This document shows, piece by piece, positions 12,421 to 26,499 of a DNA stretch of 64,000 nucleotides. The stretch covers positions 92,940,001 through 93,004,000 of the forward strand of contig NC_086107.1 of NCBI RefSeq assembly GCF_963921235.1. The letters are read 5' to 3'. Made by a program: the position numbers and the translations under genes. This DNA comes from Mobula hypostoma. Lineage: Eukaryota. Each line of letters opens with the position of its first letter. The stretch's first letter is position 1. The notes below the pieces were generated by a model, which was given only the letters and a program-made list of their open reading frames with translations, ran no database searches and was not told the origin of the DNA.

Positions 12421-12636
12421 CTACGGTTCGATGGGAGGCCAGGGCTCCTGCTCCTGGCTGAAATCTGGAGTGCTCTCAGCCTCCTCCGCTTTGCCGGAGT
12501 CGCTCTTCCGGCTCCTGCTCCGGGTCCTTGTGCTGCAGTCTTCGGGCTTCTCGCTCATCTCGCTCTTCCTGCTCTTCCTGCTCTTGTCACTCTTCCCGCT
12601 GCCTGGGCGATTGGTCTCGTAGTACTCCCGCATGGC
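12421..12636 (-). CDS. GARIN (FAM71 family; paralog not assignable): Probable GARIN coding exon 4, Ser/Arg/Lys/Glu-rich tail (AMREYYETNRPGSGKSDKSRKSRKS...PWPPIEP*)
   Basis: Acceptor ccccacctccttgcgccag|GCC is in phase 0 with exon 3. Unique, GC-rich, codon-like sequence ending in TAG at 12423-12421. Linkage to the gene is inferred from phase and position. Confidence 0.65.
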   Translation of the reverse strand, partial: AMREYYETNRPGSGKSDKSRKSRKSEMSEKPEDCSTRTRSRSRKSDSGKAEEAESTPDFSQEQEPWPPIEP

Positions 12637-12929
12637 CTGGCGCAAGGAGGTGGGGTGGGGAAAGAGGGAGATCATTAGTTCAACATTACCGAGAGGTAGC
12701 AGCAGGGGTTAAGTCGGGTCGCCCCATTATAGGAAGGGTGTGGGCGCTTTGGAGACGGTACAGAAGAATCCCCTCGGAATGCAGCCCGCATTGGAGGGGC
12801 CACTTCCGATTGACCGATCAGGAAGACCACATGCGAACTAAGAGACAAGGCCACCAGGAGCAGATGTTATTCCCTTAAAATGCTGCAACTCAGCATCGTA
12901 CCCCACAAATCCACAACACTGTTGTCCAC

Positions 12930-14473
<1,544 letters not shown>

Positions 14474-15069
14474 TCAACCATCACCGAGCAAACAATGGCA
14501 CAGATACAACACAGTGACCAGCAGAATACAGATAGGGAGAGGCAAAGAGGGAGGAACCAAAAGAAAACAGGTGGGGAGGGAAATGGGGAGGAGAGGGAGG
14601 GATTGGGGATAGGGAGGGGGTGGAAAGAGAGGGGTGGGTGGTGAGGGGGAGGGGCGGTGAGAGGGGTGTGGGCGCGGTGTGAAGTTCCGATTAAAGAAAC
14701 CTTGATCTGAGCAAATGCTGTGTAAATGTTGTTCCTGCACAATTGTCGGTCGGTAGGAAATAACTTTCTCCTGATCCCACCATCCTGAACAGCTGACACG
14801 ACATTCCCAAGTTAAACAACATGGCGTCTTATCTCGAGCCAAAGCCAAAACGTTCTACCAGCAGGACACACTGCTGAAAACAAATACCTACAGCAGAGCA
14901 GTATAAATCTTAACCAGGGCGTTATATTTGTCTCATGCTTACTCTCTGAAGAAGTTCAACACCGTGTACGGGTGTTCTAAATGCAGGCTGCGTAACTTGG
15001 CCCACGATTTTGTGCTGAACAAATTGAGCTAAAGAAATTACAGAGTTGTGGATTCAGCTCAGCATGCCA

Positions 15070-15480
15070 CGAGAAGCAGCCTTCCCTCCACAGACTCTGT
15101 CTGTCTCGTTGCCTCAGTAAAAGCCGTCAGCATAATCAAACGCCCTACCCACCCACCCCAAACATCCTCTCTTCTCCCCTCTCCCATCCGGGAGGAAGTA
15201 TGAAAGTTTGAAAGCGTGAACCACCGAGCTCAAGGACAGTTTCTATCCCACTGTTACCAGACTCCTGGACGATAAGATGGACTCCTGACCTCACAATGTA
15301 CCTCATATCATCTTGCACTTTATTGTTTACCTGCACTGAACTCTTTCTGTAGCCGTTGCACTTTATTCTGCATTGTTACTTTGTTCTACCTCAATGCACT
15401 GTGTAGTAACGATCTGTATGAACTGAATGCAAACAAAAAATCACTGCGTCTCAGTTGATGATAAACCAATATCAATACCC
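15070..15480 (+). mobile_element. Rex1/Babar-like LINE 3' fragment (siblings ~26040-26495, ~51110-51400, ~52150-52650)
   Basis: IIK.PTHP..LFSPLPSGRKY.SL...R.KDSFYP plus a conserved 3' UTR ending aataaaccaat. Confidence 0.7.
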
Positions 15481-16594
15481 AATTCCTGCTGTCTACACAT
15501 GGTCAATATCCCTCTGCACGTGCCTATCTCCAAGAACATTTTAACTGTCTCTGTGATATCTGCCTCCACCAGTGTATTCAAGGCACCCACCACTCCCTGT
15601 GTCTTGCCCCACACATCTCCTTTGAAACCCACCCCCCTTTGAGGTCCTCCTTTGGTTGCAGTTGACCACGGATATCGCCTCTGAGCTTATTCCCGTTACT
15701 TTCTCCGGCTATAACATTCTGAAGGAACCTACGCCCACCCCCTCACCTTAAATTGATGCACTCTAGAATTAGATATTCCAACCCTGGGAAAACCTCAGGG
15801 AAAGGGCAATAAATCCTCACTTGCCAATTACACAGATCATAAGAAAATATTAAAAGAATCGAGTCTTAAAGTTGGACTAAAATACTGCAACATATCTGTG
15901 AAATATCAACGGGAACACACACCGAATAATTGATAGGTCACATGTCCCTGCCTTTGATGGTACCACAACAACCTCATTTTACATAGCACCTGTAGAAAAT
16001 CCTGCCACAGGATTATGGACTAGAGGGAACAGCCTCGGAATAGAAGGACTTCCCATTAGAACAGAGATGAGGAGGAATTTCTTCAGCCAGAGGGAGGTGA
16101 ATCTGTGGAATTCGTTGCCATGGACAAGTCATTGGGTATATTGAAAGCAGAGGTCAATAGGTTCTTGATTAGTAAGGGTTAAGCAGAGAAAGCAGGAGAA
16201 TGGGGGTGGGGGGGGGAATAATAAGTCAGCCATGATTGAATGGCGGAGTAGACTTGATCGGCCGAATGGCCTAATTCTGCTCCCATGTCTTATGATCTTA
16301 TAAAATGTTGGAGGAACTCAGCAGATCAGGCAGAAACTGGGAAGGGAAATGAACTTCCCAGGAATTAGGTATCGATGATTATAGTTTATCAATACCAGGG
16401 AAGGCTGTGACCCTTCATCAAGACTTGCAGAGGCTTCCTTCCACAGAGGCAGATGGACTGCAAGGTACTTTCCACATTGAATGTTAATACAACAGCAGGC
16501 GGATTGGTTAGTCACATGCATACAAATACATATTGATGTAATTGCAGTCATTATTAACGGCCGGTGTCAAGAGGCAACTATTTTATTTAATTTT

Positions 16595-16852
16595 ATTGAG
16601 AATTAGTGCAGAATAGGCTCTACAGCTGTGACAAGCAGCAACCCTCAATTTAATCCATGCCTAATCATGGACAATTTACAATGACCAATTAACCTACTGG
16701 CCGCTATGTCTTTGGACTGTGGGAGGAAACCAGAGCACCCAGAGGAAACCCATGTGGTCACGAGAATATACAAACTCCTTATAGACAGTGGCAGGAACTG
16801 AACCAGGGTTGCTGGTACCGTAAAGTGTTGTGCTAACCACTATGCTACTGTA
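16595..16852 (-). mobile_element. tRNA-derived V-SINE/HE1-like element (siblings ~11570-11730 -, ~21097-21300 +, ~22835-23070 -, ~25615-25885 +, ~49745-49967 -)
   Basis: Box A/B-like tagtggttagc / ggttcagttcc and the core gggtgctctggtttcctcccacagtccaaagac. Confidence 0.75.
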
Positions 16853-18501
16853 CCAATGGTTTTGGGTCAAGAACGGTGGGGCGACAGAAGAGGAGGATAC
16901 GTAAGAGGGATGAGCAATGGGAAGTCTTCGGAGAGTTGTTAGAGGCTGCCGAGAGTTGGACAGGGAAGGAGGAGGGGAGATGAAACACAACGGCAAGAAC
17001 TGAGAGCTCAGTAAATCAGAGCCATAGGAAGCAGAGAGTAAGAGGACCTGGAATAAGCAGGGTATAGGAGGGACCCAAGCTCTTATTTTATTAAACTCTT
17101 CATTCTGAATCGGCAAGTATGACAATCCTGAACAGTAATCACCCTCTCCTCAGCCTGCATCATCCCTCACCCTCCCTTCCCATTTTAGAGTGTTTTCTGG
17201 TTTGACATTTGAGGCTTCACGTCTTGTCACAGTTCATTGCTGCCACCATGTGGTTGATTTGCACAGTGCAGCCAGGAGAGGATTAACAGAGAGTTACACC
17301 TGTGAGTTCAGCCTAACATTGTGGGCTGAAGGGCCTGTCCTGTTCTGTACTGTTTTATCTTCCAAGTGTTAACGTATTTGCCTTGACCACATTCTCTGAC
17401 AGCTATACAGAGCACCCACTGTATAAAAAAAAGTTGCCTCTCAAGTTCCCTCTCACCTTAATTCCATCTCCTCTAGTTTTTGATTCTCCCTTGTTGGGAA
17501 ACACACTGCGTATCCAGGCTCCTCACAACTTTATACACCTCTGTAGGATCACCCTTCAGTTTCCTAGCCTGTCTCTATAACCCATTCCCTTGAGTCCTAG
17601 CAACATCCTTGTAAATCTTTTCTGCATCCTTCCTACAGCAGGTGACCCAAGCAGGGCCACACCACCTCCTTTAGACAGAGGCCGGTGAATCTGTGGAATT
17701 CATTGGCTTAGATGGCTGTGGAGGCCAAATCATTCAAAGTGGAGGTTGATGGGTTTGTGATTAGTTCTCTCAGTTAGGCACAAGGATAATGGAAAAATGG
17801 AGGGCTGTGTTGAGGGATATTAGAGGAGGTTAAAAGGTCAGCACATTATGTCCCCCCCCCACCCACCATGGCATGAATGAAGTCACCAGAGAGAAGTACA
17901 GGTAGATATGAGGCAGACTCTGTATTTGACAAAGTATCACAAATAAACTGATAGCCTTTGGAGTCACAAGAGAGAAATAGAGAGAAAGAGAGAGCCCCTT
18001 TCGGAGCAAGAGGTCTGCCTGGCCTAACTTTACATGATATTTTATATGCTAAAGGTCAAAGGATTCAGGCTAAAGTTTAAAGGACAATTCCATATTTACA
18101 ATGCTTCCTTTGAATTGCATGTAATAGTTTCAAATGCCTGGATCTTCCCACCATCACACCGCCCTGTTCGCACCTGTATTACAGACATCCAAGTACTTTC
18201 AAGTAATGAATCTAAATCAGCATTGTCTGTTCTTCTCAATTAACCTGCTACATGGTTCTTAGGAACCCATTGTTCAGAACTGCATTTTAGATTTCATCCA
18301 CAATTCCTATTTGAATCTGAAGGCTAGTAGCTGATATCAGTAGAATATATTTGCTATATGTGCTAGCCCCAAACATCGCCCTAGTGGGACCTGTACTTTG
18401 CTGTAGTATTCTGTGTTCTACCGAGTCCAAATGGTTAGTTGTTGGTCAGTCAGACCCAACAGGCTGCAGGGCCTGTTTCCCTGCTGTGTGGCTCGTTGAT
18501 T

Positions 18502-18770
18502 ACCATGGCGATGACAGGAGCACCTCGGAGGCTGGCTATCCAGGAACAGCAGTTCACCACCATGGCGATGACAGGGGCACCTCGGAGGCTGGCTATCCAG
18601 CAGTTCACCACCATGGCGATGACAGGGGCACCTCGGAGGCTGGCTATCCAGCAGTTCACCACCATGGCGATGACAGGGGCACCTCGGAGGCTGGCTATCC
18701 AGGAACAGCAGTCCACCACCATGGCGATGACAGGGGCACCTCGGAGGCTGGCTATCCAGGAACTCCACCA
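18502..18770. repeat. Minisatellite of 5 units (57, 51, 51, 57 and ~53 bp)
   Basis: Unit accatggcgatgacaggggcacctcggaggctggctatcca(ggaaca)gcagttcacc starting at 18502, 18559, 18610, 18661 and 18718. Confidence 0.97.
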
Positions 18771-19043
18771 GTTGGCTCAACACCATCCGGGTGAAAGCAA
18801 TGTGACTGATTGGCACCCAGCCACCAGCCTAATCCCTCACTACCCCCTTCCCCCCACCACTGGCTGGACACACAGTGACCGCAGGATGGACCACGTACAA
18901 AGTGCCTTGTAGTTATTCGCTCGGGCTACCGTGACAACAGCTTACAAACCCACCAAGGACAAGGACAGTGGAACACAGGGGAATAAAGTTACCCTGCCAT
19001 TTTCTGGGGCTTAGACGCTCTAACTCTCTGGAATATGGAGAGC

Positions 19044-19396
19044 TGTCATGACTCTTTTAAGGGTTCAGGACCGTCCTGCTAATTAGCAGTCATGGTTTGG
19101 GCACCAAGAATTGAGTATTTGAAGAGCCCCTGAACTGAGGTTCGGTGCTCTAACTAGAGATATTGTTTAGCATTGTGTTTTTGTTCAGTTCTCGTTCCAG
19201 CTTAATACTCCGTCTCAATTCTAACCTTGGATACTCCAGCCTTGGGTCCAAACCATTCGCGTCATGGTCTCTCGTCATAAATAAAGCCAGCGCCTACAGG
19301 TTGTCCTCAGACTCGCATACCATCCTGACTGGTAGCTGGACAGAGCTTTCGTCATTATACCAGAGATTCTGCCAATGCTCGAAATCCTGAATAACA
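19044..19396 (+). mobile_element. Possible solo LTR
   Basis: TGTCAT...ATAACA termini and internal AATAAA (~19279); no clear TSD. Confidence 0.45.
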
Positions 19397-19420
19397 CACA
19401 CATACACATGCGCGCACACA

Positions 19421-19930
19421 TAGAAACATAGAAAACCTACAGCACGATACAGGCCCTTCGACCCACAATGCTGTGCCGAACATGTACTTACCTGAGAAAT
19501 TATCTAGGGTTACCCATAGTCTTCTATTTTTCTAAGCTTCACGTACCTATCCAGCAGTCTCTTAAAAGACCCTATTGTATTCACCTCCACCACCATCACC
19601 GGCAGCCCATTCACCACTCTCTGCTTGAAAATCTTAACCCTGACATCTCCTCTGTACCTACTTCCAAGCATCTTAAAACTATGCCCTGGGAAAAATCCTC
19701 TGACTGTCCATACAATCAAAGCTTCTCATCACCTTATACACCTCTATCAGGTCACCTCTCATCCTCCGTCGCTCCAAGGAGAAAAAGCCAAGTTCACTCA
19801 ACCTATTCCCATAAGGCATGCTCCCCAATCCAGGCAACATCCTTGAAAATATCCTCTGTCCCCTTTCTATAGTTTCCACATCCTTCCGGTAGTGAGGTGA
19901 CCAAAACTGAGCACAGTACTCCAAGTGGGA
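19421..19930 (-). mobile_element. CR1 3' fragment
   Basis: HLEYCAQFWSPHYRKD...ERRRMRGDLIEVYK and a (catagaaa)n tail. Confidence 0.88.
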
Positions 19931-20384
19931 AAAGGTCAGCAGGTTAGGTGGCATCTACGGAGGGAAATAAGTAGTTAATATTTCCGGCTGAGAACAGTGA
20001 CCATTTAATCCTCTGATAAGTTCCTCCAGCATTTTGTCTACGTGTTACACTTTCATCGTTACTGGGTCCAAATCCTATGATTCTCTCCGCAACAGCACCT
20101 TCACCAGAAGGACTGCAAAGGTTCAAGAAGGCAGCTCACTGCTAGGTCCCCCAGGGTCAGTTAGGAACGGGCCTTGTTCATGTCTATATCCCCCCCCCCC
20201 ACACACAAAAAAAATTAAAAGCTACCCACTTAGGGTGTCCCTCCATCTTGGTCTCCTGATGGATCTGATTCTAACTGGATCACTTCTGAAAGTCCGGAAC
20301 TGTGTCAACGAGATGTTGAGAGGTGAACAATGGGATACAGGGAGTGGCATGGTCGTGTAGTGGTTAGCATACCACTATGACAGC

Positions 20385-21096
20385 CTACAGAGGACACCCT
20401 GACACAGTGGTGCCAAGATAACAACCTCTCCCTCCATGTCCAAAAGCCTGAAAAGCTGATGGTGGATTACAGGAGGAACGGAGACAGGCTCGCCCCGATC
20501 GACATCAATCGGACTGCAGTTGAGAGGGTGAACAATTTCAAGATCCTCGGTATTCACATCACTGAAGATCTCACCTGGACTTTACACACGGGCTGTGTGG
20601 TTAAAGTAAAGCACAACAGCCTCTCTTCTACCTCAGGCGACTGAAGAAGTTCAGCATGAGCCCCAAATCCTCAAGACCTTCTACAGGGGCACTACTGAGA
20701 GCATCCTGACTGGCTGTATCATCATCTGATGTGGGAACTGCACCAGCCTTAATCGCTGGGCACTGCAGAGAGTGGTACGGACAGCCCAGCACACCTAGGA
20801 TGTGATCTTCCCTCCACTGAGGACATTTACAACAGCAGGTGTGTAAAGAAGGCCTGGAAGATCATCGGGGATTCCAGTCACTGCAACCATAAACTGTTTC
20901 AGCTGCTTCTGTCTGGCAAACGGTACCACAGCATTAAAGCCAGGACCAACAGGCTACAGGAGGAGCTTATTTCTGCAAGCCATTAGGCCTTTAAATTCAC
21001 GTCTGCACATTGCAATGGAGTCATAATGCAAAGAGTTTTACTCCGTCGCATTGTGGGTTGGGGGATGTAAGATTTAAATAAATTCAAATTCAAATC
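20385..21096 (+). mobile_element. Rex1/Babar-like LINE, RT C-terminal part and 3' UTR, inserted in a SINE head
   Basis: WCQDNNLSL..K..LMVDYRR...VERVNNFKILGIHITEDLTW; (aattca)n tail; splits a SINE between box A (~20355) and box B (~21124). Confidence 0.85.
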
Positions 21097-21319
21097 AATG
21101 CAAATTACTGCACCAGCAACTCGGGTTCAATTCCTGCAGCTGCAGGTAAGGACCTCCTACGTTTCCCCCTCGTGCTCTGGTTTCCTCTCACATCCCAAAG
21201 GCATTTGGGCCAGTAGGTTAATTGGTCACGTGGGTGTAATTAAGCAGCCTGGGCTTGTTAGGCTGGAAAGCACAGTTACTGTGCTGAATCTCTAAATAAA
21301 ATAAAAAGATTTAGTGTCC

Positions 21320-21427
21320 CAAGATGGAGACATTCTTGAGACATTGTAAGTGTTGCTTACTTCAATGTACTCGTGTTAATTTTGGATAATAATAATAATA
21401 AAAAGATTTGAAAAGAAAGAAAGAAAG
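21320..21427 (+). mobile_element. Severely truncated L1-like 3' end
   Basis: AATAAA plus (GAAA)n tail like the element at 57407-58216; 16-bp TSD aaaagatttagtgtcc (21304-21319 / 21428-21443). Confidence 0.7.
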
Positions 21428-21585
21428 AAAAGATTTAGTGTCCATCTATTCCCATTCTCCACTGACATTACCAACTTCACATGGACCAGTTTACCTCGCC
21501 TTTCACCCCAACCCGTGGCAGTCTGGATACTGAATGCTTCTGCGACTCCTCAAGTGAGGTTCCCTTGTGCCCCCACCCACCTTAC

Positions 21586-21773
21586 CTGGTGAGCTCCATG
21601 GGGCATCTATCGGTCGAGATTCGGCAGTTGCACACCATCTCCTTCAGGCTGTCGATCGGTCGGGCAAGTAGCATGACATTCGGGAGGGAAAAGCTCGGGC
21701 TTGTGGATGTCACTCCCACAGTCACCACGGTGATATCCTTATGTATGCTCAAGACCTCCCCCTTCTTTGTCAC
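21586..21773 (-). CDS. GARIN (FAM71 family; paralog not assignable): GARIN/FAM71-family coding exon 2 (VTKKGEVLSIHK...TSPSFSLPNVMLLARP...MELTR)
   Basis: Contains the family motifs VTKxGEV, TSPxLxLPNVMLLARP and ELTR. Acceptor ctctgtcttgcacag|, donor AG|GTAAGG; 188 nt, phase 0 to phase 2. Confidence 0.92.
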
Positions 21774-22011
21774 CTGTGCAAGACAGAGACCAGTGAATCC
21801 TGGTGCTCGACACCTCAGTCCATGCGGCTCGTAAGCATGACATTCTGCTGGGGCTGGGATTCCACAGCCGCACACACAAAACGCTGGGGGAGCTCGGCAG
21901 GTCAGGCAGCAGCTGTGGAGTTAGTTGGAGCACGGAATCACTGGGGTACAGGGGCACGGAAAGTTGAGGTGCCAAGTTCAAAGTAAACTTATCAAAATAT
22001 AATCATATCGA

Positions 22012-22597
22012 GATGCCAAGGATGCAGCCTGGAAGACTAGTGAGCCTTCAGGGTGCCCGATTTTCTTGGCTCTGGAGGCGGCGGATTCAAGGCTGGTGCT
22101 GCCGCCTGGCGTGTCATGGGAGTATACGGAAGATCAAAAGCAGCGAGCTGGCTGCCGGCTGTGTGCCCAGAGACTCGAGTTCTTTGGGCACAGAGCTTGG
22201 GAGAAGCAATGCAACAGACTTTTAACACCATAAACCAGCGAGTTGTTTTGTTATGTCTCCCCTCTCACTGTGAAACAGGGACATCTCTTTTTCCCTTATT
22301 AGGGGGAAGAGAGGGAGAGAGAGAGAGCCTGTGGTATGTTGAATACTGGGTGAACTAGTAGTCTTCAGGGTACTGCAAGTCTGTCTTTATTGATGCTTTG
22401 CTGCACACTTGAGTGCCCGTTGGGGGAGGGGTCATTGTTTTGCTGCTGCTTATGCATGGGGGTGGGCTTTGGGATTCTAACATTTAACTGTCATTCATTA
22501 TTTGTGGCACTCCTCTGTTTTTGTGGATGTTTGTGAAGAAGAAGAATTTCAGGATGTATACTGTATACATTTCTGACATTAAATGTACCTATTGAAA
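22012..22597 (+). mobile_element. 5'-truncated sibling of the 5461-6301 repeat
   Basis: Colinear homology with 5665-6295. Confidence 0.8.
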
Positions 22598-23379
22598 CAT
22601 ATATGCCACCATATACAACCCTGAGATTTGTTTTCTTATGGGCATTCATAGTAAATCCAACAAACATGATAGAACGAATGTTCAAAAGACAACAAATTGC
22701 AAATACAAAAGAGAGAAAAAAGAGACACTAAAAGAGAGATTAATAAGTATTAAATATCAAGAACATGAGACAAAGAGTCCTCATAATTGAGTCCACAGAT
22801 TATGGAAGCAGTTAATTAATTAATTAATTTAGCAATGCAGCACAGAGTCATGTTGCCCCTGACAACCAGATTAACCCTAACCTAATCACAGGACAATTTA
22901 CATTGCCCAGTGAAGTGACCCAGTATGTCTTTGGACTGCAGGGGGAAACTGGAGGACCAGGAGAAATCTCACGCATTCCACGGGGAGGACTTACAGAGAC
23001 TTCTTACAGAACGGTGCTGGAATTGAACTCTAAACTCTGGAATGCCCCGAGCTGTAATAGTGTCCCAACCACAGTGTCCAGTTCAGTGGTGGGGCGAGTG
23101 AAGTTACCCCCACTGGTTCCAGAGGCTGATGGTTGACGGGCAATAACTATTCCTGGCTCTGGTGGTGTGGGTCCTGAAGCTCCTCCTCCCTGATGGCCTT
23201 AGGTGGCTGAGCAGGTTAACGAGAACCAGCAATAACTTGATTGTTTCAAACAGTAAGTACATATATGAGAAAGGAGTTGATTTCAGCCTGTGAAATCAAA
23301 GCAAAGTCTGAACAGTTTACAAAGAAAAGTGTAAAAAGGTGCCTCATGAGATGATTGACATCAATAACTCTGGAAGACC

Positions 23380-25110
23380 ACAAGTCTACAACACAGGAAC
23401 AGGCCATTCGGCCCACAATGTTGTGCTGAACCAGCTAAAAAGCAAATCAAATAGACCCAAACACTAATCCCTCACATCTACACAATGCCCATATCCCTCC
23501 ATCTTGCTTACGTTCATCTGCCTATCTAATGTATTTGCCTCTACCACCATACTAGGCAGTGCATTCCAGGCACCTACCACTCTGAGTAAAAAACCTACCC
23601 CTTACATTCCCTTTGAACCTACTCCTTCTCACCTTCAATGCACGCTCTCTGGTATTAGACATTTCAACCCTGGGAAACAGATACTCTCTGACCACTCTAT
23701 CTATGGCTAGCATAATCTTGTAAACCACTATCAGATCTCCCCTGTGTCTGACGCTCCAGAAAAAACAACTCAAGTTTATCCAGCCTCTCATGATAGCCCA
23801 TGCCCTCTAAACCGGGCATTCTGGTAAACCTCTTCTGCACCCTCTCCAAAGCCTCAATATCCTTCCCATAGTGGGGCGACCAGAACTGTATCAATACTCC
23901 AGTTGTGGCCTAACCAGAGTTCTATAAAGTTGCAACATAGCCTCATGACTTTTGACCTCATTGAAAACAAACATTCTATAAGCCTTCCTAACCATCTTAA
24001 CGACTTGTGTAGCCACTTTCAAGGAGCTGTGAACTTGGGTCCCAAGATCTCTCTGCTCAGCAACATTGCTAAGAGTCTTGCCCTGAACAGTGTACTGTTT
24101 CTTCGCATTTGCCACACCAAAGGTGCAACACCTCACATTCAAGCAACACACATCAAAGTTGCTGGTGAACGCAGCAGGCCAGGCAGCATCTCTAGGACGA
24201 CGTTTCAGGCCGAGACCCTTCGTCAGGACTAACTGAAGGAAGAGTTAGTAAGAGATTTGAAAGTGGGAGGGGAAGGGGAAGATCCAAAATGATAGGAGAA
24301 GACAGGAGGGGGAGGGATGGAGCCAAGAGTTGGACAGGTGATTGGCAAAAGGGATATGAGAGGATCATGGGACAGGAGGTCCGGGGAGAAAGACAAGGGG
24401 GGGGGGAACCAGAGGAAGGGCAAGGGGTATAGTGAGAGGGACAGAGGGAGAAAAAGGAGAGTGGAAGAAAGAATGTGTGTATAAAAATAAATAACGAATG
24501 GGGTACAAGGGGGAGGTGGGGCATTAGCGGAAGTTAGAGAAGTTGACATCTCTAACCTCTGCTAATGCCCCACCTCCCCCTCGTACCCCATCCGTTATTT
24601 ATTTTTATACACACATTCTTTCTCTCACTCTCCTTTTTCTCCCTCTGTCCCTCTGAATATACCCCTTGCCCTTCCTCTGGTTCCCCCCCCCCTTGTCTTT
24701 CTCCCCGGACCTCCTGTCCCATGATCCTCTCATATCCCTTTTGCCAATCACCTGTCCAGCTCTTGGCTCCATCCCTCCCCCTCCCACTTTCAAATCTCTT
24801 ACTAACTCTTCCTTCAGTTAGTCCTGACGAAGGATCTCGGCCTGAAACGTCGACTGTGCCTCTTCCTAGAGATGCTGCCTGGCCTGCTGCGCTCACCAGC
24901 AACTTTGATGTGTGTTGCTTGAATTTCCAGCATCTGCAGAATTCCTGTTGTTACACCTCACATTCATCTGGGTTAAACTCCATCTGCCATCTCTCTGCCT
25001 ATATCCACAAATGATCCATATCACGCCACATTCTTTGCCAGTCTTCTACACTATCCAGAACTCTGCTAATTTTGGTATGACCCATAAACTTACTAAGCCA
25101 GAGACTCGCA
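23380..25110 (-). mobile_element. CR1 RT/3' fragment interrupted by a Penelope-like fold-back insertion
   Basis: QRDLGTQVHSSLKVATQV, LVRPQLEY and QFWSPHYGKDIEALERVQKRFTRM; resumes at 24953. Confidence 0.85.
24142..24952. mobile_element. Penelope-like element: two inverted pseudo-LTR/3' arms (palindrome)
   Basis: Arms ~24137-24540 and ~24549-24925 are reverse complements and match 47155-47560; TSD acacctcacattca (24128-24141 / 24953-24966). Confidence 0.9.
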
Positions 25111-26499
25111 GCTGGAATGCTGCACCCATTATCAGTGACTTGCTGCCCTGATGTGCCCAGACAGAATACGATCTTCTGTGCAGTGACTAAGAACTGGTAA
25201 GGTTCAAAAGAGACATGCTGAGTTTCCTTAGCAATTAAACCAAAGTAAATGCAGAACCAGAGTACAACTTGGCCCATTGACTGCATCTCTTCATTAATGG
25301 CCATTAGTTCAATCAACTTAAAAGTTCATTAACTCTTCGCTTCCACATAAACAACTTTCTTTCAGCAGTTTCATAGCCTTCAAAACTCACTATTACTTGC
25401 TCGAGATGAATCTGGCTGGGGTTCAATGTGGTGAGTTCCCTTCCGTGTTGGGAACTTCAAAGTAAATTTATTATCAAGGTACATATATGTACTTTGTTAA
25501 GCAATTTACTATTTTTATCATTAAAATTTTCTCGCGGGCATTCACAGTAGATAGAAAGAAAAAAAAAAGGATCAATGGAAGAACCACGCACAACAAGATG
25601 GCCAAAAAAAAAAGTCATGGTAACATAGTAGTTGGCACAATGCTTTACAGTACAAGCAATCGGGAATCAATTCCCACCACTGCCTGTAAGGAGTTTGTTT
25701 GTTCTCCCTGTGACCACGTGTTTCCTCCGGGTGCTCCAGTTTCCTCCCACAGTCCAAAGACAGACGTACTGGTTGGAAGGTTAATTGGTCATTGTGAATT
25801 GTCCCGTGATTAGGCCAGGATTGGGGGATTGCTGGGCCGTGTAGCTGGAAGGGCCGAAAGGGCCTTCTCCGTGCTGTATCTCAGTAAACAAATACGCAAA
25901 TAATCAGCGTGCAGAAGACAACAAAATGTCCAAGGACAAAAAAGGATCAATACAGTAATAATAAATATGCAAGCAATAAATATTGAGAATGTGAGAGGAA
26001 AGGCCCCTGAAAGAGGGTCCACAGGTAGTGGGAAAAGTTCTCATCACAGCTCGGTATGCCATCTGCTCTGCGCATGATCGTACGAAAGTGAAGCTTAGAA
26101 CATCACATGAAACCAGCTACCCCTCTGTGGAATCAGTCAATGATTCTCGCTGTCTCAGCAAAGCAGCCAGTGTAATCAAAGACCCCACCCACTCCAGATA
26201 TCCTCTCTTCTCTCCTCTCCCAGAAGAAAAGGAAGCCTGAAAGCATGTTCCACCAGGGTGAAGAACAACTTCTACACCACTGTTATCAGACCCTTGAATG
26301 GATCTCTCGTACACTTGGCTCCACGGTGCGCCTCACTCTGATCTCGCACTTCGCCATTTACCTGCACTGCACATTTTTGGAAACGTTCACAGTTTATTCT
26401 GCATTGTTATTGTTTGACCTTATTCTAGCTCAATGCACTGTGTCACAATTTGATCTGTACGAATAGCATGCAAGTCAGCTTTTCATTGTATCCTGGTAA

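Noticed and set aside
16901..16945. 45-nt minus-strand exon-like segment in a GARIN intron
   Set aside because: Good acceptor but weak donor, and it introduces TAA in the GARIN frame.
17849..18375. Possible solo LTR inside a CR1 tail
   Set aside because: TG...CA-like ends but no TSD and no sibling in the window, so not listed as a feature.
18502..18770. Possible CRISPR-like array
   Set aside because: Units are contiguous with no unique spacers, and the context is eukaryotic with no cas genes.
24192..25014. Repeated MPHLPLVPH... ORFs (also 47169 and 50168)
   Set aside because: These are Penelope-like pLTR sequence following the GIY-YIG stop codon; no evidence of coding function.
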